From assembly GCA_918797485.1 (NCBI GenBank), contig CAKKNE010000004.1, positions 4,774,001 through 4,838,000 of the forward strand: a DNA stretch of 64,000 bases. Reading direction: 5' to 3'. Of this stretch, positions 39,745 through 50,653 are shown one piece after another (the first letter of the stretch is position 1; each line of letters begins with the position of its first letter). The position numbers and the translations under genes are program-made. The DNA is from Pelagomonas calceolata (taxonomy: Eukaryota). Below the pieces are notes generated by a model. The model worked only from the letters and a program-made list of their open reading frames with translations. It did no database searches and was not told the origin of the DNA.

Positions 39745-41376
39745 TTACGGCCGCTCCCCCAGCCCGCCCGCGAGGTCGAAGACGGCCCGCCGCACCTCCA
39801 ACGCGAGCGCGTCGGCGTCGCGGCGCGTCGCGGCCTCGGCGTAGACGCGGACGACGTCCTCGGTGCCCGACGGGCGCACGAAGGCCCGGCCACTTTTATG
39901 GGATGCGGCGAGCGCGTCGATCTTGGCCTGGAGCGCGGCCGGCGCCACGAGCCGCGTCTCCGTCGCGTTCGGCTCTAGTAACGCCCGCGACGCCACGCGC
40001 TGCTTGAGCTGGCGCGAGGGTAGTTCATCATAGAGCGCGCCCCAGGCCGCGATCGACTTTTGCTGGAGGCAGAGGACGGCCTCGACCAGCAAGAGGTCGG
40101 CCAGGGCGTCGCCTACACTTTGATTCGCGAGGCGAGCCACCGCATGTAATCTAGATACGGCGAGGCGCGCGCGGCCGCCCGTCCCCGGCTCGCTATCCAA
40201 CTGCGCGAGCCTCGCGCGCAGGGCCTCTTTGACGAGCACCGTGCCGTGGCCGTTCGCCTCGAAGTAGACGCCGACGTCGAACGCCTCGGCCGCGTGGTGC
40301 ACGTATTTCACACCCGTCTTCGCGAAGGCGACCTCGACGCGTCTCTCCCGCAGAAACGCCGCCGCCGCGCCGTTCGCGTAGGCCGTCTGCACCACACCTA
40401 GTGATGGTGTGCCGATGAGCGGTTGCGCGGCCGCGAGTTCCCTTGCGATGAACACGGCCAATAGGGAGGCGATCTTGTCGCCGTCGACGATCTCGAAATT
40501 CGACAATCCATGGAACCAATATACTAAGCGGTCGGCGTCGCCATCGACCGAGCATCCCCTCAGATTGGGCGCGCCGAGGTCTCGACGCGAGAGATTCTTC
40601 GGGGGTAAACGCTGCTTCTGGACGTGCTCAGCTCCACACTGATGATTGAGCGGGGCCTCCCTTACAATATTCGCGGCCCGTAAGGATAATACGGAAGCGA
40701 GCCCGCGCTCCTCGAGGCGGCGCCTCAATTGATGGATCCCGAACGCGCCCACGCCGCCCGCGCAGTCGACCACAACTGTTGAGTCTGGCCGGCCGGTCTT
40801 GTGCGGAGATGTTTTAAGCAAGGCCTCGAACGCGTCCACCAACGCATCGGCGTATCCATATAAAGGCCCTTTTACTACTGGTGAAAAGCCGTTGGCCGCG
40901 CGGACGCAGTGGTGGAGCTGGGGCGTCGTGACGACGCCCACATCTTCCACGCGGGCTCCGAGCGCCTCCGCACCTGCTCTGACACGTTGAGAAAGCGCTC
41001 GGCTGTGCGCGCGCGTGTCCCTCCCAATAACCACCGACGCAGAGGCGGCCTCGCCCTCGGCCACGCTCGCAAGCGTCTCGAGGAGCTGCGATTCCGGGCA
41101 GCACGCCACCTTTTCGGCCTTCGACTCCCAGGCCTGGGCGAGCATGGCGCCCGTCGGGTCCACAATCTTCACGCCGTTGTCTCTGTGGGGGTTGTGCGAC
41201 GCCGTGACCATGACGCCGATCTTCAGGCCGTCCCTATCTCTGCTCCTTAATGCTGCGAGCATGCCGACGCGCTCCATCGCGATCACCAACTGCGTCGCGT
41301 CGCAGCGGAAGCCGGCCGTGCCGTAGGCGAGCTGTGGCGGGTGCTCTCTGTCTATTTTGGAGAGGGCGGGACCCAT
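39745..41376 (-). CDS. PGM3: Phosphoacetylglucosamine mutase
   Basis: YGTAGFR, MVTASHNP, DGDADR, YFEANGHG and RPSGTEDVVRVYAEA. Confidence 0.95.
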   Translation of the reverse strand: MGPALSKIDREHPPQLAYGTAGFRCDATQLVIAMERVGMLAALRSRDRDGLKIGVMVTASHNPHRDNGVKIVDPTGAMLAQAWESKAEKVACCPESQLLETLASVAEGEAASASVVIGRDTRAHSRALSQRVRAGAEALGARVEDVGVVTTPQLHHCVRAANGFSPVVKGPLYGYADALVDAFEALLKTSPHKTGRPDSTVVVDCAGGVGAFGIHQLRRRLEERGLASVLSLRAANIVREAPLNHQCGAEHVQKQRLPPKNLSRRDLGAPNLRGCSVDGDADRLVYWFHGLSNFEIVDGDKIASLLAVFIARELAAAQPLIGTPSLGVVQTAYANGAAAAFLRERRVEVAFAKTGVKYVHHAAEAFDVGVYFEANGHGTVLVKEALRARLAQLDSEPGTGGRARLAVSRLHAVARLANQSVGDALADLLLVEAVLCLQQKSIAAWGALYDELPSRQLKQRVASRALLEPNATETRLVAPAALQAKIDALAASHKSGRAFVRPSGTEDVVRVYAEAATRRDADALALEVRRAVFDLAGGLGERP

Positions 41377-41578
41377 GCTTGCTGCCTCAGCCTGCCTGTA
41401 GCTTATGTGAAAGAGCTCGTGGCTTGTGGGTGCTTATGGCGACGTTGGCGGGCTCAGGGATGCAATTCCTCGTAGGAGCCGCGGCGAGTGGTCACTCGGA
41501 ACACGCAGGCCAGCTGGCGCGAGTCATGCGCTACGCAGCGAGGCGGGCTTGTGTGTTTTAATTTAGGCCGAGGCGAAG

Positions 41579-41598
41579 CTAGCGTAGCAACACACTAG
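41579..41598 (+). promoter_or_regulatory. CTAG-bounded motif, type B (CTAGCGTAGCAACACACTAG)
   Basis: Lies in the divergent gap 41376(-)/41666(+). Confidence 0.6.
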
Positions 41599-41665
41599 CT
41601 AAGATTTGTGTTCGGATGCTCGTGAACGTCAGCTCGTCGCTGCAGGTCATTGAGGCTGCGTGACC

Positions 41666-41950
41666 ATGTCCGCAGATGCCAAAGACTCTGGCAAAGAGGG
41701 GCAGCCCTTGCAAAACCTACGCCGTCGCGCGATCTCCGTCGCAATAGCTTTTGGGCTGGCTGCCCTGTTCTTATTCATGTGGGGACAGGTCTGCCCGAAC
41801 GTAAAATTGCTCCGCTACGAGTCGCGGAACGCGTTCCTCGGCGCGCTGAGGCGGAAGCCTACTGTGCAACAAACGACCGCCGCGCCGCCGCGGCCCGTGC
41901 GGACGACGACGACGCGGACGACGACGGTGCACCCGCCCTTTTGGTTGTAG
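41666..41950 (+). CDS. Small single-pass membrane protein (possibly truncated)
   Basis: TM segment AISVAIAFGLAALFLFMW followed by a Thr-rich tail. Confidence 0.4.
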   Translation: MSADAKDSGKEGQPLQNLRRRAISVAIAFGLAALFLFMWGQVCPNVKLLRYESRNAFLGALRRKPTVQQTTAAPPRPVRTTTTRTTTVHPPFWL

Positions 41951-42076
41951 ACCCGTGCTCCGGGGACGCGTTGCTCCGCCGCGACGTGCCGCAGCCGGCG
42001 ACTTGCGCCATCGACGCGGCGCCATCGACGAGTATTACAGAGGGGCCATGCATGCTGGTACAGATTAATTAGCCGC

Positions 42077-42490
42077 CTACTCCATGCGGTCCGCCAGTCG
42101 CCGCGCGTTTTCCAAAGCGCGCCCGGGGCCCGGAAAAGCGGTCCCCTGGGAGTCGCTCCGCTTCCGCGTCTCCGCGAGGCCCTCGGCCTTGTCGAGCTGC
42201 GCCGCGAGCGCGTCGCAGATGCCGCCGAGCTGTTTCAAACCGTCGTCGAGCACGGCCCGCGCCGGCGCGCCCGTCGTCTGGAGCCGCACGTGCACGAAGG
42301 GCTCCGACGGGTGCGGCACGGAATAGCCGCAGAACTCGACGTCCTTCTGGCGCATGAGCACGTGGCGCAGCGCGTTGCCTAGCGTGTGGTCCTCTCCTCT
42401 AAACACGTACGTGCGCGCGGCCTCGTCGTCGGCCTCGCCGACGATTTTGAGGGCGGCCTCTTGCGGGCCCGCGCCGCCCGAGGTCGCCAT
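42077..42490 (-). CDS. POLR1D: RNA polymerase I/III subunit AC2 (RPAC2/AC19)
   Basis: 'EDHTLGNALR...VEFCGYSVPHP'. Confidence 0.92.
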   Translation of the reverse strand: MATSGGAGPQEAALKIVGEADDEAARTYVFRGEDHTLGNALRHVLMRQKDVEFCGYSVPHPSEPFVHVRLQTTGAPARAVLDDGLKQLGGICDALAAQLDKAEGLAETRKRSDSQGTAFPGPGRALENARRLADRME

Positions 42491-42761
42491 TTGTTTATTA
42501 GCACCGCGGTGTTTGTGCGTTATATATTGCTGGCGCTGCAGCTCTTGCGCGCTCCGGGATCCACGTCCGCTTGCGTCCCGCGTCGCGTCGCGGCAGCGCT
42601 CGGATCGCTGCAGTTGTGGTGCAGTCCTTGCTGTGGCCTGAGCGCCCGGCGAAATGCCTTGGAGCGGTCGCGGTATGTATTTGGGTAGTCTTGCGGTTGG
42701 AACGGCTGCGCGTAGTGCTTTTTTAAGGCCCGCTGAGCCTCCGCTGCGATGGGTATAATTG

Positions 42762-42783
42762 CTAGTGTCTTACGTTCCGCTAG
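42762..42783 (-). promoter_or_regulatory. CTAG-bounded motif, type A (reverse complement CTAGCGGAACGTAAGACACTAG)
   Basis: Lies in the divergent gap 42490(-)/42924(+). Confidence 0.6.
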
Positions 42784-42923
42784 CTCCATGGGCGCGGCCG
42801 AGGCGGTGTAGAGTGGTTTTGGCAGCACAAAGGCGCGGTTTGGCATTAGTTTTGCACGCATCGCTCGCCTGTACGAGCGCCCGACGACAGCGCCAACAGC
42901 TGCAGGGCTGCTAGGCGGTACAA

Positions 42924-44743
42924 ATGCTCCGCGGCTGGGCGCACGAAGTCAAAGATGAAAACGCAGCGCCACCCAGCCTCGCCGAAGCCGCACGCCGCGG
43001 CTACGCGACGCCGGCGAGCCCAGGCAGCGGCGCAAGCGACGACGGCGCCGGCGCGACGCCGCGCGCCAAGTGGAACTCGCGCACGGAGTTCCTCCTCGCG
43101 ACGATCGGGAACTGCGTCGGCGTCGGTAATGTGCGGCACGGTGCATGAATCATGACCTCCACGCCATCGACGCGACGCCTGCTCGACGGCGTGACTGCCC
43201 AACTCACTGGTTGATTTGCGCACAGGTTTGGCGCTTCCCGTACCTCTGCTATAGAAATGGAGGTGGCTCCTTCCTCATCCCCTACTTCGCGGCACTCTTA
43301 CTCGTCGGCGTGCCGGCCTTCATGCTCGAATTGGCATTAGGACAGCGGTTTCAAAGGGGCGCGACGCACTGCTACCTCCGCCTCCACAAAAGATTGGCGG
43401 GTGTTGGCGTCGCGGGCACGGGCATGGCCTTTGCGACGTTAGTATACTACCAAACAATATTAGCGTGGTCTCTGGTGTACGCGTTCCACTCGTTTAGAAG
43501 TCCCTTGCCCTGGAAGCGCACGGACGCCGAGCGCTTCTGGGAGCACGGTGTTTTGAGGGAGTCCGACGGATTTGAGGACTATTTTGGCACACCATCAACG
43601 ACGGAACTGTCCCTGGCTTTGATTTTTTCGTGGATTTCGTTATTCCTAGCCACGAGGCGCGGCGTGCACTCGGCGGGCAAGGCGGCCTATGTCTTCGCGA
43701 CGTTACCCTATGCGATCCTCACTTTGTTAGTTATAAGAGGCTCGCTATTGGAGGGCGCCGGTGAAGGAATAAAGTTCTACCTACAACCGCGAATCGATCG
43801 ACTGGGTCATATAAGAACGTGGCTCGACGCCTTCAACCAGATTATCTATTCCCTAGGTATTGGGACGGGCCAGATGGTCGCGTACGGGTCCTATACCGAG
43901 TCCAATGAGGACATCGTGCTAGATGCGGGGTGCATCTCGCTGTTGAATAGCTTCACGTCGTTATATGCGGGCGTGGCGGTGTTCGCGATGCTGGGCCACA
44001 AGGCTCATAAAGACGGGAGGAGCGTCGCGGACGTCGTGCAAAGTGGCGAAGGGCTGGCCTTCGTCGCCATTCCGGATGGCCTGAGCGAGCTGCCGGCGGC
44101 GGGGCTGTGGTGTTTTATTTTTTTCGCGATGCTCTTCGCCTTGGCCCTTGACAGTTCTATAGCGATGCTCGAGTCGTGGACGACGATGCTAAGAGATTTC
44201 GGCTGGGAGGGCGATCCGAACGCGCCGGCCTTCAAGCGCATGAAGTGGATACGAAGGCAGGACGCCCTAGTTGGTTCTAGTTGTGCTGTGGGCTGCTTGA
44301 TTTCCGGTCTGTTCGTGAGCCGGCCGGGCATCTACTGGTTCGCGCTCTGGGACGCGTACGTGGTGTGGGCCGTGTTCATCGTGGTGGGTATTGAATGTGT
44401 GGGGGTGGCGTACGGCTACGGCGCGGCGAAGTTTAGTGAAGAGGTGCGAAAGGGTGCCGGAAGAGCGGTGCCGCGCTTTATACAAATGTGCTGGTCCTTT
44501 ATTACGCCCTTTTTATGTTCGGTGCTCGCGGTGGCTTCGTTCGCCGCGCTTTGCGCCGGCGGCGGGCGCTACGAGGGCGCGCGGGCGACGCCCGCCGCGC
44601 TGGTCCTGGGCTTTCTGTTGATGCTCGGGCCCGTCGCCGTCATGGTCGCGGGCGCGCGCGACGACTGCGTGAAGCGGCCGGGGCGCCCGCGGAGCGTCGA
44701 GCTCGCCATGTCGTCGCCGAAGCGGACGCGGCAGATGGTCTAA
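42924..44743 (+). CDS. SLC6 / sodium:neurotransmitter symporter; exons 42924-43130 and 43226-44743
   Basis: Splicing restores 'W.S..EFLLATIGNCVGVGN|VWRFPYLCYRNGGGSF'. Confidence 0.93.
43131..43225 (+). mobile_element. Introner intron, family A variant (degenerate)
   Basis: GT donor; ends TTGATTTGCGCACAG; internal CGCCATCGACGCGAC core. Confidence 0.85.
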
Positions 44744-44776
44744 TGTTGTGGAGTATGTACTTACTTAGGCACGAAT

Positions 44777-45484
44777 CTAGTCCTCGTCGAACATCAGGTC
44801 GCCCCCGACAAAGTCGTCCTGGGAGTCGTCCTGGCGTATCCTGTACTCGTCCTCGACGTCCGAGAAGGGCGACGGGCAGAGCTGGCGCGACCGCGCGACG
44901 CAGCTCAGGTACACAATCCGCTTCAGCCGCTTGTTGAAGAAGAAGTAGTTGAAGGACCAGAGCGCGCCCTCCGAGAAGGGATCCGACTCGCCATCTGGAA
45001 CATAGGAGTAGACCTCGCACTCCCTTAACTGTATAGCCTCCTCGATGGCGGCCCAGAGCTCGTCCAGGAACTCGCCGCCGCCCGGCGCGCGGAACCGTTC
45101 TGCGGTCGCGAGCTCCGCGAGATGTCTCGCACAAGCCCGCACGGCAAACTGCGCGCCGGCCTCGCGGCAGAACTGCTCGGGCCGCAGATTCGAAAAGTCG
45201 TGGTCCGGGAAGCTCGCATTTAATGTAGCGATCAGGTCCACGAGGAGCCGCCGCGTCGCCGGCTGCGCGAGAGCTCCTAACGGAGACGACGCCTCCATCG
45301 ACGAGGGCGAGTTCCTAGACTCGGCGGCGAACTGCGCCTCGAGCTCCTTGGCCAGCTTCTTGTCCTCGCCGGCGCGCTTGCACGAGAACGCCTCGACGCG
45401 ACCGTCGAGCACGCGTTCACCGAGCCGTCTTTGGGACAGGAACGCCGTGAGCGCCGAGAGGCGCGGGTTCTCGAGCAGCTTCAT
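44777..45484 (-). CDS. MAF1: RNA polymerase III repressor Maf1
   Basis: 'GRVEAFSCK', 'LIATLNASFPDHDFS' and 'LWSFNYFFFNKRLKRI'. Confidence 0.95.
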   Translation of the reverse strand: MKLLENPRLSALTAFLSQRRLGERVLDGRVEAFSCKRAGEDKKLAKELEAQFAAESRNSPSSMEASSPLGALAQPATRRLLVDLIATLNASFPDHDFSNLRPEQFCREAGAQFAVRACARHLAELATAERFRAPGGGEFLDELWAAIEEAIQLRECEVYSYVPDGESDPFSEGALWSFNYFFFNKRLKRIVYLSCVARSRQLCPSPFSDVEDEYRIRQDDSQDDFVGGDLMFDED

Positions 45485-45996
45485 GGCTGCGGCGCTTGGC
45501 AGCGGTCCGGGCTTTTTTTAGCCGTGCGCCGGCCCAGCACAGCGCGCAGATCCACTCAGTGCTTTAAGTGCCTCAAATGCTGCACACAGAGCGCAGCGAC
45601 GGACCGCTTCTCGGCAGCAGCCAGACACGACCTCAGAAGTGCTCTTCAGCCCACGACAGGCCTTGGCGCATCGGGCAGGTGTCAAAATTGGAGCAACGAC
45701 GCGCACCACCTGAATCCCAGCTCTAGCTCTGGCTCCGAGTACGGGGTTGGCAATTGGAAGGCGTCTGGCACCTACACCCACGACTTTCATGCCGCCAGGC
45801 ACTCGCTCCCAGAAAAAGAACGGGCTCAAACGCGCCTTGTCCTATTCGCGCCCGTTTCGAGCGCGGGCGGCCTGGTCCCACCTAGAGGTCTAACCTAGAG
45901 GTCCCACCACGACGTCGAGGTCAGAGCCCTACGAAGATATACCAACAAGACTAGGGTGCAGTTTATGCTAAAAATCCTAGGCCGCATACGCGTTAA

Positions 45997-48204
45997 TCAA
46001 AAACAGCACCGCCCCCACACCTGGAGCTCGAGCGCGCCCGTCTCCAGATAGGACAGAAAATCCTCGGTGATGATTTGACTAACTTTGAAGGACGTGCCGA
46101 AGTAGGGCGACGTCGTCGCCGTGGGATAGCGTGGCGTAGCTAAGCCGTCCTGCTGTAAAAAGAAGGCCGTCCTCACGTAGACCGAAGCGCACAATTTGCG
46201 CGGCAGCTTCATGGCCTGCGTAATTGTTATTGAAAGCTCGACCTTCTTCCCTAAATGATGAGCGAGATGTTTTTCCCCGACCAACTGCTCGGAGTTCGCC
46301 AGTGTCGGTTTCACGGAAATTTGGAGCGTGCCCGCCGCCTTGCCCTTGAAGCTGATGATATTGCACGTCTCCGCGATGTCCATCAAGTAAATCAAGGACT
46401 GCAGCGCGCAGAAGCCGACGCCGATGAGTCGATGGTCGGGCGCGTCGAAATAGGGGTCCGGGTCTGCCACATTCCTCTTAATCTTGCACAGCCTTCTTAA
46501 CATTTTTGTAGCATTCCAAGTGTCAGTAACTTCGGACGACGCCGACGCGACCAGGACGCACGGTTGCGTCTCGTCCGGGCCCGTGTTTGCGACTCGCACG
46601 GCGTAGTGGACGTCCCGCTCTTTTTTACGGGAGATGTGGTTCCCTTCCAGGATCATCTGCTGCAGCTCATGCACCAGCTTTTCTTCTTTCATAACTTCCC
46701 AGGGCGTCCCCTCGGACAGTGTGAGATCATCATACAAACCCTTCGCTGCCCCGCGCCAGTCTACATCAGTATCATTACCGGAAGTACAGACGCGAAACAA
46801 ACACCCAAAACCCATCAGTACCACATCGCCGTCCTTGATGCAATGAGAACCGGTTATTTTCTCACCATTCAGACACACGATGGCATTCGCGTTCACATCT
46901 ACTAAAAGCATGTCGCCCCTTTTTTGAATGATACAGTGTAGCGGTTGGATCTCCTTCCTTAATAGCGTGATTCTCCTACAATCCTCGGGCACCATGTCCA
47001 GTTCAGATCCAAAATAAACAACGTCTTTCAGAGGGACGAAGAGCCGCCCCGACAGTAACGGGTCGGGCGACACGTGCACGAGGATCGTCTTCTGGAGGCG
47101 CCGGGCTTGCACACCTTGTCGTTTTGCTCGCGCGACGCCGACGTCCCTCAACCAGTCGTCGCGCTCCTCTCTGTAGGCGACCGTGTCCAGATGCCGCTGT
47201 CGCGCTAAAATCGGTTTTTCTTCAGCATGACTCGTGCTGCCGTAGAAGGCGGCTTCGCACGTCGTCGAAGGGTTGCCCCAATCATTATTTAGAGTGAGAT
47301 GACCGACATGCTCTAAGGTTTGTAGGGTGGTGATATTGACGTCCAAGTCGGTACACGCGGGGCTGAGGCACCCGAGCCATATCGATTTGCTACAAAAACT
47401 ATCTGCGAGGACATACGTCAAAGCTGACGAACAGACCTGGGCCGCCGCCACCCTAATATTAGTAGACATGTGCGACAGGGCCAGCGACGCCCTTAACACA
47501 GACGGGACCTCGCCCGCGTCCCCGGTGTCCAGGATTGATGAAGCATATTCCACAAAGGTCGCCGTACCTTCGTGGGCCGGCGGGTCCTTGCCCCCTTCGG
47601 CGTCGTACGAGCACATGCACCTAACGCATAAATGCGCTAGCATATCGTCCTTGTTCAACAAAGAGGCGGCCTTGACCGCCAACGCGTCTCGCAACAAGGT
47701 CGAGAACTCCTCTTTGTTCCCGGCGAGGTGCCTTGACAATCCTTCGACCCAGGGCCCGCCCGTGGGGCTGAACCGTAGTATACCAACACGACCGGGGCAC
47801 AGCAAATCATAGATACCTTCGTCGGCCACGTCGAAGATGGACACGTCAATGATCGCGTGGCCCCGCATGTTCCTCTGACCGTAGAACTTGGCCGCGAACC
47901 GTTCCATGAGGCCTTCGTCACCGTCTTTGCCAAACAGGCAGCGCGACTTGCCCGTGCCGTGCGCGCCGAGGACGTGCATGTGGACGTCGCCCTCATTTTT
48001 AAGCTGGGCGAAGAGCCGCCCCGACAGGTCGTCGAGGAGCTGCGTCTGCTCGTTCTCATATATTTTATTCACGTCTAGTGACCGCGTCCGGCTCGACGAC
48101 TCTTTTAAACAGATTGTGGTGCCCTCGACGTTCAGCACCTGGGGGAAGTCCTTTTCTTCCTCCGATGGAGGTCTGATGTACGCGTAGGCTTCGCGGCGCG
48201 CCAT
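45997..48204 (-). CDS. Divergent kinesin-3-like protein (motor-like, FHA, C2-like)
   Basis: P-loop GAHGTGKS, 'IYDLL', 'GPWVEGLS', 'CLSPA'; FHA-like 'IQPLHCII..LNGEKI'; C-terminal C2-like region. Confidence 0.7.
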   Translation of the reverse strand: MARREAYAYIRPPSEEEKDFPQVLNVEGTTICLKESSSRTRSLDVNKIYENEQTQLLDDLSGRLFAQLKNEGDVHMHVLGAHGTGKSRCLFGKDGDEGLMERFAAKFYGQRNMRGHAIIDVSIFDVADEGIYDLLCPGRVGILRFSPTGGPWVEGLSRHLAGNKEEFSTLLRDALAVKAASLLNKDDMLAHLCVRCMCSYDAEGGKDPPAHEGTATFVEYASSILDTGDAGEVPSVLRASLALSHMSTNIRVAAAQVCSSALTYVLADSFCSKSIWLGCLSPACTDLDVNITTLQTLEHVGHLTLNNDWGNPSTTCEAAFYGSTSHAEEKPILARQRHLDTVAYREERDDWLRDVGVARAKRQGVQARRLQKTILVHVSPDPLLSGRLFVPLKDVVYFGSELDMVPEDCRRITLLRKEIQPLHCIIQKRGDMLLVDVNANAIVCLNGEKITGSHCIKDGDVVLMGFGCLFRVCTSGNDTDVDWRGAAKGLYDDLTLSEGTPWEVMKEEKLVHELQQMILEGNHISRKKERDVHYAVRVANTGPDETQPCVLVASASSEVTDTWNATKMLRRLCKIKRNVADPDPYFDAPDHRLIGVGFCALQSLIYLMDIAETCNIISFKGKAAGTLQISVKPTLANSEQLVGEKHLAHHLGKKVELSITITQAMKLPRKLCASVYVRTAFFLQQDGLATPRYPTATTSPYFGTSFKVSQIITEDFLSYLETGALELQVWGRCCF

Positions 48205-48364
48205 GCTATGTCTCCATTATTGCTGCTGTTTGCTCGTTGCGTACTGTCAAGCGTAAGGGCTGCCCCGGCGGCGGATCCGCTGCCCGACGGTCTCGTTATG
48301 CACGATCTATCGGAACCGGGGGACGCAGGCGCCGCAAAATAGCTGCCCGAGAGCTGCGCTATGC

Positions 48365-48386
48365 CTAGTGTGTGTCGATACGCTAG
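48365..48386 (-). promoter_or_regulatory. CTAG-bounded motif, type B (reverse complement CTAGCGTATCGACACACACTAG)
   Basis: About 160 bp upstream of the ATG at 48204(-). Confidence 0.6.
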
Positions 48387-48620
48387 CAAAGGTAGCTGAA
48401 CTTACGCGATCCGGAACTTACTTCGTGGAGAGGGCGCGCTCGACGAGCTGCGGGCGCCTCGTCCCGCGGAAGTGCCGCCGCGACGCGTGACCGGGGCTCC
48501 GCCCACTAGTCCTAGCACCGTAACAGCTCCTACGCGGGATCCCCCCCGACGCCATCGACGCGACGGCGGCTGGTACGATCGTCCCGCCGGCGCCGTCGAA
48601 GAAGACCCATACCTAGTACC

Positions 48621-49784
48621 TTACTCCCGCCACTCCGTGTGCTCCTCGAGGCCCTCCTTGTCCTCCTCCCACCACGTGATCGCCTTGACGCCCGTCCTAA
48701 AAAACTTGCGGTTCTTGCCCTCGTTCGACGGCGACTTCGCGCCGATCTTGAGGGCCATGGTGATGGTCTCCTTGAACTCGCCTAATGCGGGCCGCCGCGC
48801 CGAGGTGGACACGGGTCTAAAGGCCTTGCCCGTATCTAACAGACACTGGAAGGGCCCGGGGTACTGGCGGAAGATGGCCCCCTGGTAGTTGACGACGAAG
48901 GGCGGTTCTGGTAACGATAAAGTGTACTGCCTCGTCCGCAGGAAGTAGACCGCTTTCGCTCTTGATAAGAACCGCCACTGGAGGTCCTTGGGCGGGAACG
49001 CGGGCAGACCCAGGTCGCCGCGCTGCGTATCCAGTTTCAAGTTGAATAAAATAATAGGCTTCTTCGAAGCTTCCCGCGTATCGAGCTCCTCGACGTCGGG
49101 CAGCTCCTGCGCCGAAAACGTCAAGCCCACATAGACGTCCGCGTCGGGCACCTCGCGCACCATCTCCTTGCCCTTGCCGAAGAGCGCGAAGAAGGCTTGT
49201 TGGGGCGTCTCCGCCTCGGCGATCGACGCTCGCAACGAATGGAGACTAACGCCCGGCTGCGGATTATTGGAACCGGATTGCTCCACGGCCCTTTCGAGCT
49301 CCGGAACGTCCGGGTACAGGATGGCCACCTTCTTCCCCGTTCTTGTATGAATACCCTGGGCGTATTTTATGGCTAGCCTCGTGTTCGCGCCGGCCATGTC
49401 GCCTGCGCGGAGCATTTCATTCCTGGAGACGACGCGCGTCGACGGCGCCTCCACACGACGGGACGCCGAGATCTCGCCCGCACTCGTGTTAGGGTCGTCC
49501 ATGAGGTCGGCTGCGAGTGGAGGGAACTCGACGTCCATGAGGATCTGGCCGTCCTCGATGGCCGCGACGGTGGCGTCCTGCGCTTGTTGTAAGCATTGGG
49601 CCATGGTCTGGGGCGGATCGGCGAGGTCGTCGTCCTGCGGCGCGACTTCCGCCGTAATACCGTCTTCGCCTACGACCGAGCCCTTGATCATGTCCGAGTG
49701 GAGCACCGTCTTCCGTCTTGTTTGTATGACCGGCGCCAGGGCATGGCTGCCGGCGAGCAGCGCGGCTAGCAATGCGAGCTGCAT
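48621..49784 (-). CDS. Plastid DUF1995 protein (LPA3-like), with an in-frame 75-bp intron at 49403-49477
   Basis: Bipartite presequence; 'MDVEFPPL', 'LFNLKLDTQRGDLGLPAFPPKDL', 'NYQGAIFRQYPGPFQ' and 'TWWEE'. Confidence 0.85.
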   Translation of the reverse strand: MQLALLAALLAGSHALAPVIQTRRKTVLHSDMIKGSVVGEDGITAEVAPQDDDLADPPQTMAQCLQQAQDATVAAIEDGQILMDVEFPPLAADLMDDPNTSAGEISASRRVEAPSTRVVSRNEMLRAGDMAGANTRLAIKYAQGIHTRTGKKVAILYPDVPELERAVEQSGSNNPQPGVSLHSLRASIAEAETPQQAFFALFGKGKEMVREVPDADVYVGLTFSAQELPDVEELDTREASKKPIILFNLKLDTQRGDLGLPAFPPKDLQWRFLSRAKAVYFLRTRQYTLSLPEPPFVVNYQGAIFRQYPGPFQCLLDTGKAFRPVSTSARRPALGEFKETITMALKIGAKSPSNEGKNRKFFRTGVKAITWWEEDKEGLEEHTEWRE

Positions 49785-50076
49785 GGCAAGCTGGCTCTCC
49801 CTTGCTGGCAAGTTGCTGCTGTGTCGCTGTCAAGCAACTCTGATGCTGCTCAACCCTCTCAGCCGAGGAGATATATAGCGCAATAAATCACACGTTGCAC
49901 AAAGATGCGCCAGGGCACGTTACGACGGCCAGCAAGCTCGATGACGGTGAAAAATCAATAATGAGCTAGCGTCTCAGGGATGCTAGAAAAAAAAGCTACG
50001 AATACTTAGTATTAAGTAGGAAATCCCGCAGCCTTAGATTTACTCCGCAGCCTCTCGACAAAACCCGACCATTCTC

Positions 50077-50435
50077 TCAGCGCTGCAACGACGACTGCGG
50101 CGTCTCGCGGGCGTGGAGCGCGGCTCGCGCGCCTTGCAATGCCTCCTTAATCTCCGTTGTGGTCGGGTGTGCCCCACCAAGCACGCGCCGCGCGGTCCGT
50201 TCTATCTCCTCGAGCGTCGTCAAGCTTCCGCGGAGATCGTCAAGCGTGGCGTCGCCGTCCTTGTAGAGCGCCTCCGCGTGACAGCACCTCAGTTCGAGCG
50301 TGACTTCATCACCCTCTCGTAGAACGCGTCGCGCCACAGGAATCGTTCGGCGCAGCAGCGCCTTGGCTTCTTCGAAGCGCGATAGATCCTTAAGGGATTC
50401 CCCGAAGTTGAGGGCTGCTACGAGGGTCTCTACTT
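50077..50435 (-). pseudogene. Fragment of a TPR-like helical domain, fused to unrelated upstream sequence
   Basis: 'RFEEAKALLRRTIPVARRVL...TLEEIERTARRVLGGAHP'; no credible start, and the upstream frame runs through a tandem repeat. Confidence 0.5.
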
Positions 50436-50653
50436 CGACGCGGCCGTCCGCTTCCGCTTGCCGCCCTTCTTCGTCGTCCGCGGCTTGGCCCGCTCCAGCG
50501 CGTCTGCGAGCGACACGATCTTCAGGATGCCCCCGCCCCCGGTCACGATCGGCTTCGAGAGCTTGTCCGGCTTGATGGGAAATACTTCCTTGGACGCGCG
50601 TCGCTTCGTCACGAACGCGTCGGCATACTTTTGGACGAGCGCGCGGCGATCTT

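Noticed and set aside
39745..41376. PGM3 as part of the glycan cluster
   Set aside because: It lies 17 kb away among housekeeping genes, so the proximity is probably coincidental.
42077..45484. RPAC2 and MAF1 proximity as a Pol III gene cluster
   Set aside because: Only two genes, separated by an unrelated transporter; chance is a sufficient explanation.
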